Assembly: GCA_965203055.1 (NCBI GenBank)
Contig: OZ241863.1
Span: 608,001-672,000, forward strand
Direction of reading: 5' to 3'
DNA from: Spirochaetia bacterium
GTDB lineage: Bacteria; Spirochaetota; Spirochaetia; SZUA-6; Bin103
DNA: 64,000 nucleotides
This document shows, one piece after another, positions 57,288-64,000 of the stretch. Each line of letters begins with the position of its first letter. Within the stretch, counting starts at the first letter, position 1. The notes below the pieces were generated by a model. It did not search any database. It worked only from the letters and a program-made list of their open reading frames with translations, and was not told where the DNA came from. The position numbers and the translations under genes were made by a program.

Positions 57288-58805
57288 TTACAGACCCTTG
57301 ATCTCCCGGTATTGGTCGGTGTACTCGGCGTAGAGCCGATCGATGCCGATCTTCTTGAGGCTGGCGACGAAGTCGTCCCACTCGCTCAGCGGCCGGGTTC
57401 CGGTAATGAACTTGGCGGTCTCCTCGTCGATCATGCGCTGGATGTCGTCGTAGGCCGGTATCGCATCCTTGATCGCCGCGATGTCGTAGGCCACGTCGAA
57501 GTCGTACGGCATCTTGCCGTTGGAGTAGTCGGTAGCGTAGTCGCGGATCTCCTCGTAGTGGCGCTTCAGGTCCTCGGTGTTGGGCGCGTACCAGGTGTCG
57601 GTGCCGAGCCCGGTGGCGATCATGAACTCGCCGGCGTAGATTTGCCCCGCCTCGGTCTCGAAGCGGTCCACGTAGTACTTGTCGTTGGGGTTCGCCCAGT
57701 CCCATGCCTGGCCCTTGATGCCGTACACCACGGTGAGCACGTTGTCCTTGTCCGGATCGTACTGCCAGTTCAGGAACTGCATGGCGGCCTCCGGGTTGGG
57801 ACTCTTCTTGGAGATCATGGTGGCCGCGTAGGGGCTGGCGTTGTTGGTCATCACCAGGCCGTTGGCGCTGCCGAAGCCGTTGGGATGGCTGTAGGTGAGG
57901 CCGGGAAAGGCGCCGGTCAGCAGCACGCGCTGGAAGTGGATGGTGATCTGCGAGTACCAGCCGATGAAGACGGCCACCTTGCCGGTCTTCAGCACCTCCA
58001 CGTTGTCGTGCTGGATGAACGATTCGCGGAAGATCCAGCCGCGGTCGTACCAGTCCGCCATGGCGGCGACGAAGTCGCGGTACCCGGGCTGAAACTCGGG
58101 CGGCTGCAGATTGCCGGCCGCGTCGGGCCACTTCGAGTACCCGTACTCGGTGAATCCGCCGACCAGCGCCATGCGCAGGTCGCGCAGGCGGCCGATCAGG
58201 ACGATGGCGTCGGGGATCGACTCGCGGATCTTCTCGAACGTGGTCACCGCCTCCTCCAGGGTCTGCGGCAGCGGCAGGTTCAGGTCGCGCAGCATCTGAT
58301 CGTTGAACCAGGTGGGATGGGTGTGGCCCATCACGCCGAGGCGCGGGATGCCCCAGATGTTGCCCTCGCTGTCGGTGACGCCGGCCCACTGTTCCGGCGA
58401 GAAGGCGCGCTTGACGTTGGGGCCGTACTGATCGAGCAGATCGTTGATCGGGATGGCCGCATCCTTGTAGTCGCCCCAGTTGCCGGAGAACACGTCCAGG
58501 CGCTGGTTGGTCGAGCCCAGCACCAGGTTGAGCTTGGTGCGGCTGTCCTGGGCCGGCGGCACGTAGGCCATCGGCATCACGCCCACGCGCTCGGCGACGT
58601 GCTGCTGCATCTCGGCCAGCTTGTCGGGATTGCTGCCGTTCGGGTCGGTGAGCGCCATGGTGGGCCAGATCCAAACTTCCGGCAGGTCGCCGGAAGCGGC
58701 CATGCCGGTATCCGCTTCGCCGGCGGCGAACAGCGCGGGCGCCGAGGCGACGGCCAGCGCCAGCGCCAGCGCCAGGCTCAGCGAGCGATATTTCTTCATC
58801 GTCAT
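57288..58805 (-). CDS. Carbohydrate ABC transporter substrate-binding protein
   Basis: AGGAGG RBS, signal peptide, C-terminal KFITG.RPLSEWDDFV..LKK.G; leads the permease pair. Confidence 0.88.
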   Translation of the reverse strand: MTMKKYRSLSLALALALAVASAPALFAAGEADTGMAASGDLPEVWIWPTMALTDPNGSNPDKLAEMQQHVAERVGVMPMAYVPPAQDSRTKLNLVLGSTNQRLDVFSGNWGDYKDAAIPINDLLDQYGPNVKRAFSPEQWAGVTDSEGNIWGIPRLGVMGHTHPTWFNDQMLRDLNLPLPQTLEEAVTTFEKIRESIPDAIVLIGRLRDLRMALVGGFTEYGYSKWPDAAGNLQPPEFQPGYRDFVAAMADWYDRGWIFRESFIQHDNVEVLKTGKVAVFIGWYSQITIHFQRVLLTGAFPGLTYSHPNGFGSANGLVMTNNASPYAATMISKKSPNPEAAMQFLNWQYDPDKDNVLTVVYGIKGQAWDWANPNDKYYVDRFETEAGQIYAGEFMIATGLGTDTWYAPNTEDLKRHYEEIRDYATDYSNGKMPYDFDVAYDIAAIKDAIPAYDDIQRMIDEETAKFITGTRPLSEWDDFVASLKKIGIDRLYAEYTDQYREIKGL

Positions 58806-58842
58806 TCCTGTTACCTCCTGAGATCAAGGAACGTGAGAGGGG

Positions 58843-58871
58843 ATTGTAACGGCCCGGCGCGCCGCGCGCAA
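58843..58871 (-). promoter_or_regulatory. Sigma70 promoter of the sugar ABC operon
   Basis: On the - strand, TTGCGC-17 bp-TACAAT. Confidence 0.6.
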
Positions 58872-58931
58872 ACCGCCGCGCGCAAACCGCCCCGCGCAAG
58901 GCTCCGCAAGGCGCAACGCGCAAGCCCGCAA
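58862..58931. repeat. Array of seven CGCAA motifs in the divergent intergenic region
   Basis: GCAA at 58868, 58882, 58896, 58906, 58913, 58920 and 58928; the first two lie in an exact 14-bp tandem duplication. Confidence 0.7.
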
Positions 58932-58986
58932 CCCAACCCGGACGGGAGCGCGCACGCGGCGCGCGTCACCTGCTATGCTGCGGGCG

Positions 58987-59664
58987 ATGACACCGGCAGA
59001 TGAAGCTGGCGCGCGGACCGGCGCGGACCCGCTGGTCGTGGAGACGTTCCCCATCGGCAGCCTCGGCTGCAACTGCTCGCTGGTGTACGAGCGGGACCGG
59101 CGGCGGGCGCTGGTGATCGATCCGGGGGACGATCCCGAAGCCCTGCTGAAGGCGGTGGGCGACCGCAACCTGCAGGTCACGCAGCTCCTCCATACCCATG
59201 CCCACTTCGACCACATCGGCGGCTCCGACGCCATCAAGCGCCGGCTCGGGACGCCGATCCTGTTGCACCGCGACGACGCCGGGCTCTACCGCCGCCTGCA
59301 GGAGCAGGGGTTGTTGTTCGGCATTCCGGTGGCGCCTCCGGGCGAAGTGGATCAGTTCATCGAGGAGGGCTTCGAGGTGGCGCTGGGCGCGCGCCCGCTG
59401 CTCACTACCATCCACACTCCCGGCCACTCGCCCGGCTCCTGCTGCTTCTACACCGAGGCCACCGGCGAGCCGTTGCTGTTCGCCGGCGATACCCTGTTTC
59501 GCCAGTCGGTGGGGCGTACCGATCTCCCCGGCGGCGATCCCTACGCGCTCATCAGGTCGATCAAGCAGCGACTGTTCGCGTTGCCGCCGGAGTCGTACGT
59601 GGTACCCGGGCACGGGGAGGCCACCACCCTGGTCGCGGAGCAGCGCGGCAACCCGTTCCTGTAG
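58987..59664 (+). CDS. MBL-fold metallo-hydrolase (glyoxalase II/YcbL-like)
   Basis: THAHFDHIGG, HTPGHSPG, AGDTLF..SVGRTD and PGHG motifs. Confidence 0.93.
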   Translation: MTPADEAGARTGADPLVVETFPIGSLGCNCSLVYERDRRRALVIDPGDDPEALLKAVGDRNLQVTQLLHTHAHFDHIGGSDAIKRRLGTPILLHRDDAGLYRRLQEQGLLFGIPVAPPGEVDQFIEEGFEVALGARPLLTTIHTPGHSPGSCCFYTEATGEPLLFAGDTLFRQSVGRTDLPGGDPYALIRSIKQRLFALPPESYVVPGHGEATTLVAEQRGNPFL

Positions 59665-59665
59665 C

Positions 59666-60607
59666 TCAGCCCCGAGTGCTCAGGTCGCGGTCCAGTTGTT
59701 CCTTCGCGTGCAGGCGGTCCAGGGCGTACTGCACCTGTTCCAGTTCGTCCGGGGCCAACTCGACGTCGGCCGCCCGCAGCCGGCTGAGCTCCTGTTCCAC
59801 CTCAGGCGCCGGGGCCGGCACCAACTCCGCGGCGGCAATGCGGCCCAGGGTATGCTGCGCCTGCTCGGCGATCAGCCGTTCCATGATCCGGTCGCAGGCC
59901 GCCAGCCAGCGGCGGAGCTGCGCCACCGGCTGCCGCCCCGGTTCCCCGGCGTCGAGCCGTTGCGCGCTCCACTTGCGCAGCAGCCCGCGCCCGCGTTCGC
60001 GGTGGGCATGGATGGCGTCAAGCCGCGCGTGGTGTTCCTGCCAGGCGGCGGCCGGGGAGCGCGGGGCGGCGATCGGCTCCAGGCCGTTGCGCCAGCGGAT
60101 CAGTTCCAGCTTGGCCAACTCGCCGGCGTAGCGCCGCGCGGCGCGCTCCACGGCCGCTTCGGCCTGCCGCAGCAGCGGCGCCAGGAACGCCAGCGCCGGG
60201 GATTCGCCCGCTTCGCCCTCGCTCCGCAGGCGGCGCTGCAGGTCCCGGAGCTGGCGCCGCGTACACTGAATCTCGGCCAGCCGTTGGGTGAGTTGCAGTT
60301 CGCTGCTCTGCAGCGACGGCGACCGGCGGCGGTCCAGCAGAATCGCCGCCACCTCCCCGAACAGGCCCAGGCCCCAGGCCAGCCCGGTCACGCACCCGGC
60401 GAGGCAACCGTACAGCAGGAAGGCGTTGTCCATGCTGCGGTAGAACACGCTGCCGCCGAGCACTCCGCCGAGCACCGTGGTGAACAGCAGCCATGCCGAG
60501 CGGTGGGCGCGCCCGGACTGGTAGGGCCGAAAGGTTCCGCAGTTGGCGCAGAACCGGTCCGCGGGGCCTACCCAGAAGCTGCAGCTACGACACTGACGGT
60601 ACCGCAT
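59666..60607 (-). CDS. Hypothetical zinc-ribbon, 2TM, coiled-coil protein
   Basis: CRSC...FCANCG, two hydrophobic segments, long helical C-terminus; GGAG RBS. Confidence 0.65.
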   Translation of the reverse strand: MRYRQCRSCSFWVGPADRFCANCGTFRPYQSGRAHRSAWLLFTTVLGGVLGGSVFYRSMDNAFLLYGCLAGCVTGLAWGLGLFGEVAAILLDRRRSPSLQSSELQLTQRLAEIQCTRRQLRDLQRRLRSEGEAGESPALAFLAPLLRQAEAAVERAARRYAGELAKLELIRWRNGLEPIAAPRSPAAAWQEHHARLDAIHAHRERGRGLLRKWSAQRLDAGEPGRQPVAQLRRWLAACDRIMERLIAEQAQHTLGRIAAAELVPAPAPEVEQELSRLRAADVELAPDELEQVQYALDRLHAKEQLDRDLSTRG

Positions 60608-60792
60608 CGATCTCTCACCCCAGAATGAAGGGCGGCCAGTATAGGGACTCTCCCGGCATCCGCCAACCGTGCGCGCGGGCGCCAAAACGGCTGGCAAACG
60701 GCGGGCTATGCCTGCGGCGCGTACCTGTGTATAATAGGAGCAATTGGAGGCGGCAGCGCGGCAGGCAGCGTCTCTCAACCCTCAATCACGAC

Positions 60793-62673
60793 ATGACATT
60801 CGAAGAGCTTGATCTCGATAGCAGTCTCCTCCGGGCGATCCGGGATGCGGGATTCACCGCTTGCACGCCCGTGCAGGAGCAAACCTTTACTTACAGTCTG
60901 ATCGGCGCTGACGTCGCAGTTCAATCACAGACCGGCACCGGCAAGACGGCCGCGTTCCTGATTACCATATTTCAGCTATTCCTGGAGCAGCGCAGCCTCG
61001 ACGGCCGTATCGCCCTGATCGTAGCGCCGACCCGCGAACTGGCGGATCAGATCGAGATGGACGCCCGGCAGTTGGCCAAGTATCTCGATCTATCCATTGC
61101 CAGCTTCTATGGCGGGGTGGGCTACGAGAAGCAGGAGCGGGCGCTGGCGGACGGCGTGCGCGTGGCGATCGGCACGCCCGGGCGCCTGCTGGACTTCGCC
61201 AAGCAGCGCAAGTTGGACCTGCGCACCGTCGGCATGCTGGTCATCGACGAAGCCGACCGGTTGTTCGACATGGGCTTCATTCCCGATCTGCGCCGTCTGA
61301 TCCGGCAGATGCCGGGCCGTGACGAGCGCATTACCATGCTCTACAGCGCGACCCTGAGCACCCGCGTCAAGTCGTTGGCGTGGGAGTACATGAAGAACCC
61401 CGCCGAGATCTCGATCACGCCGGAACGGGTCACGGTGGACGAGATCTCGCAGGAACTCTATCACGTTCCCCGCGAGCGCAAGCTGAACCTGCTGCTGGGC
61501 CTGCTGTCCCGCGGCCAGCCGCGCAACGCGCTGATCTTCACCAACACCAAGCAGGCGGCGTTCGAAGTCGCCACCCGGCTGCAGCGCAACGACCTCACCT
61601 GCGAGTACATCATCGGCGACCTGCCGCAGAGCAGGCGCCAGCGGCTGATCGACGAGCTGAAGTCGGGCGATCTGCAGTATCTCGTCGCCACCGACGTGGC
61701 GGCGCGCGGCCTGCACATCGAAGAGCTGGACCTGGTGGTCAACTATGACCTGCCGGAGTACAGCGAGAATTACGTGCACCGCGTCGGGCGCACCGCGCGC
61801 GCGGGCCGTACCGGCAAGGCCATCGCGCTGGCGTGCGAACAGTACGTGTTCGCCCTGGAAGGGATCGAGGAATTCATCCGCATGCGCCTTCCCGCGGTCA
61901 CCGCCAGCCCGGAGCTGTACGCGGAAGACGCCAGTGCCGGCGTGCGCGTCGGGCACTACATGGATCAGCGCCGGCGCGACGACCGCCGGGCGCGCGACGG
62001 CGCCCGCCGCGGTGGCCGGGCTGCCGACACCGGCGCCGGGAGCGGCCGCCGGCGCGCCCCGGTCCTGGCTCCGGCGCCCGCCGCCGGCGGCCAGGGGCGC
62101 GGTGCGGAGGCTGCGGCCCGCCAGCGCGCCGCGGCGCCGCGCGCGGCCGGCGCCGGCGAACCGGCCGCGGACCGCGGCGCTCAGGCCGCGGCCCCATCCG
62201 GCTCGCGGCGCAGCCGCGGCGGGCGGCGGCGGGCCGCGGCGCGCCGTTCAGCGCCGGCGGCGGACGGCGGCGGCCAGCGCCCGGCCCGCGGCGGCAGCGC
62301 CAACGCCGGCAGCAACGGCAACAACGGCACGGGGGCGGAGTCTGCTTCCGCGGCGGCGCCCGGCGTAACGCAGCCGCGGGACACCGGCGGCCAGAATCAG
62401 TCGGAGCGCCGCCGGCCGCGCACTACCGAAGAGCGTCTCGCCTACTACCGCGAGAAGTACGGCGAGGACTTCAGGCTGGCCGAGCAGCCGGACGCCGCCG
62501 GCGTGGCCGCCTCGACCGGCGATCCGCAGAACGGCGCCGCGCAGAACGGAACCCCACAGAACGGCGCCGCACAGAACGGCGCCGCGCAGAGCGGCGCCCC
62601 GCAGCCGGCCTCCGGTCTGCGCCGGCTGCTGCCCCGGCTGTTCGGCCGCCACTCCCGCCCGCGGAACACCTGA
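60793..62673 (+). CDS. rhlB: DEAD-box RNA helicase (RhlB-like)
   Basis: Q motif, QTGTGKTAAFL, PTRELA, DEAD, YSAT, TDVAARGLHI and HRVGRTARAG; TATAAT at 60730-60735. Confidence 0.88.
   Translation: MTFEELDLDSSLLRAIRDAGFTACTPVQEQTFTYSLIGADVAVQSQTGTGKTAAFLITIFQLFLEQRSLDGRIALIVAPTRELADQIEMDARQLAKYLDLSIASFYGGVGYEKQERALADGVRVAIGTPGRLLDFAKQRKLDLRTVGMLVIDEADRLFDMGFIPDLRRLIRQMPGRDERITMLYSATLSTRVKSLAWEYMKNPAEISITPERVTVDEISQELYHVPRERKLNLLLGLLSRGQPRNALIFTNTKQAAFEVATRLQRNDLTCEYIIGDLPQSRRQRLIDELKSGDLQYLVATDVAARGLHIEELDLVVNYDLPEYSENYVHRVGRTARAGRTGKAIALACEQYVFALEGIEEFIRMRLPAVTASPELYAEDASAGVRVGHYMDQRRRDDRRARDGARRGGRAADTGAGSGRRRAPVLAPAPAAGGQGRGAEAAARQRAAAPRAAGAGEPAADRGAQAAAPSGSRRSRGGRRRAAARRSAPAADGGGQRPARGGSANAGSNGNNGTGAESASAAAPGVTQPRDTGGQNQSERRRPRTTEERLAYYREKYGEDFRLAEQPDAAGVAASTGDPQNGAAQNGTPQNGAAQNGAAQSGAPQPASGLRRLLPRLFGRHSRPRNT
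62527..62601 (+). repeat. 15-bp tandem repeat x5 (CAGAACGGCGCCGCG; QNGAA) in the helicase tail
   Basis: Units start at 62527, 62542, 62557, 62572 and 62587. Confidence 0.85.
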
Positions 62674-62686
62674 CCCCGGAACGCCG

Positions 62687-63574
62687 ATGAGCGCCCGCGT
62701 CATCAAGGGCGGTCCGGTGGCGGCGCGCATCCGCGCGCAGGTGGCCGCGCAGGTGGCCGGGAGCAACGATCAAGGGCATCCGCCGCGTCTCCGGGTGCTG
62801 CTGGCCGGCGCCGACCCCGGCTCGCTGTGGTATGCCCGGGCCAAGGCCAGGCTCGGCCTCAAGCTGGGGATCGAGGTGGAGGTCGAGCGCTTCCCGGCCG
62901 GCGTGACCACCGCCGCCCTGCGCGCTGCAATCCGCGACGGGAACCACGATCCCGCCGTACACGGCATTCTGGTCGAGCTGCCGCTGCCCGCCGGAGTCGA
63001 CAAGCGGCTGGTGCTGGGGGCAATCGCGCCGGACAAGGACGTGGACGGCGTGACCCCGGTCAACCGCGGGCTGCTGTTCGGCGGCGACGAAGAGGAGGCG
63101 CTGCTGCCCGCCACCCCGCTGGCCTGCCTGGAGTTGCTCGCCGAGGTGCCGGTGCGGCCCGAGGGCAGGCGCGCCGCGGTAGTGGGCCGCGGCGACGCCG
63201 TGGGGCGCCCGCTCGCCGCCCTGCTGCTGGCCCGTCACGCCACCGTCACCATCTGCCACACGCGCACTCCCGACTTGGCGGCGGTGTTGCGCCAGGCCGA
63301 TCTGGTGTTCGCCGCCGCCGGCCGCCCCGGCGTGGTGACCGGAGCGATGATCCGCCCCGGCGCGACGGTGATCGACGCCGGCATCAGCGAGGTGGCCGGC
63401 GCCCTGGTGGGTGACGTGGAGTGGGACAGCGTGGCCGCGGTGGCGGGCGCGGCCACGCCCGTGCCGGGCGGCGTGGGTACCGTCACCGCGGCGTTGCTCA
63501 TGCGCAACGTGCTCCGCGCCCGCGCCTTGCAGAATGCGCGCGCCCTGCAGCACGCCCGGCACGGCCGGGCGTGA
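62687..63574 (+). CDS. folD: Methylenetetrahydrofolate dehydrogenase (FolD family)
   Basis: YARAK, GILVELPLP, KDVDG, PATP, ATVTICH and PVPGGVG motifs. Confidence 0.92.
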   Translation: MSARVIKGGPVAARIRAQVAAQVAGSNDQGHPPRLRVLLAGADPGSLWYARAKARLGLKLGIEVEVERFPAGVTTAALRAAIRDGNHDPAVHGILVELPLPAGVDKRLVLGAIAPDKDVDGVTPVNRGLLFGGDEEEALLPATPLACLELLAEVPVRPEGRRAAVVGRGDAVGRPLAALLLARHATVTICHTRTPDLAAVLRQADLVFAAAGRPGVVTGAMIRPGATVIDAGISEVAGALVGDVEWDSVAAVAGAATPVPGGVGTVTAALLMRNVLRARALQNARALQHARHGRA

Positions 63575-64000
63575 GCGGCAGCGTGCCGCCTGTGCCGGCT
63601 GTGCCGTCTGAGGCGGCTGAGCAACTGCTGGAGCTGCCGGTGGCGGAGTTCGCCGCCCGCACCGCGTCGCCGGCGCCCACTCCCGGCGGCGGCTCGGTGG
63701 CCGCGGTCACCGGCGCGCTGGCCGGCGCCCTGGTAGCCATGGTGGCGCGGCTCACCGACCGCAAGAAGGGCTACGAGCAGGCGTGGGAGCTGGCGGCCGC
63801 GGCCGGGCGGCGCGCCGCCCGGCTCAGCGTGGAGCTGCAGGCGGCCGCCCAGGAAGACGCGCGCAGCTTCGCTGCCTACATGGCGGCGCTGCGCCTGCCG
63901 AAGCGGTCGCCGCAGGAGCGGCAGGAGCGCCGCGCGGCCCTGGCGGCGGCCACCCGCCGCGCCACCGCGGCGCCGCTGGCCATCGCCGCGGCCTGCGATG
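63571..64000 (+). CDS. Cyclodeaminase/cyclohydrolase family protein (FTCD_C, FchA-like), partial
   Basis: GTG overlaps the folD stop; LPVAEFAARTASPAPTPGGGSVAA..GAL...LV.MV.RLT; runs off the window and is absent from the ORF track. Confidence 0.85.
   Translation, partial: MSGSVPPVPAVPSEAAEQLLELPVAEFAARTASPAPTPGGGSVAAVTGALAGALVAMVARLTDRKKGYEQAWELAAAAGRRAARLSVELQAAAQEDARSFAAYMAALRLPKRSPQERQERRAALAAATRRATAAPLAIAAACD

Overview
This is a very GC-rich bacterial chromosomal window with no rRNA, tRNA or CRISPR array. The style of the solute-binding protein N-termini (..LFAGGEEEE..), four PhyH dioxygenases, a sulfatase-like gene and a desaturase suggest a host-associated Spirochaetota-like MAG; that is inference only. 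Housekeeping and metabolic blocks are proC-proA-proB, bshC-bshA-hemC-hemL with a CDGSH protein, split pntAB, a glycine-betaine ABC transporter, two other ABC importers (one with a GH78), tpx, yfbR, hydantoinase/oxoprolinase AB, a murJ-like gene, pyrD, an RhlB-like helicase, and folD with a cyclohydrolase. There are three accessory patches. (i) A lower-GC ABC-type ATPase plus PD-(D/E)xK-like pair after pntB. (ii) A complete ISKra4/IS256-superfamily element (25-bp IRs, 8-bp target duplication) next to a decayed HNH gene and a third IR. (iii) A defence-like island at 48.2-55.3 kb with an orphan PglX-like methyltransferase, a frameshifted SLATT-like 2TM gene plus an unannotated 47-aa Pro-rich microprotein, higBA and a truncated ATPase. 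Other notable signals are a G12 tract inside an M30 peptidase lipoprotein, recurrent leaderless-gene architecture, a sulfatase-fold protein with Thr at the nucleophile position, and a Q->E FolD paired with an FchA-like gene. All calls come from motif recognition by eye; no database searches were run.
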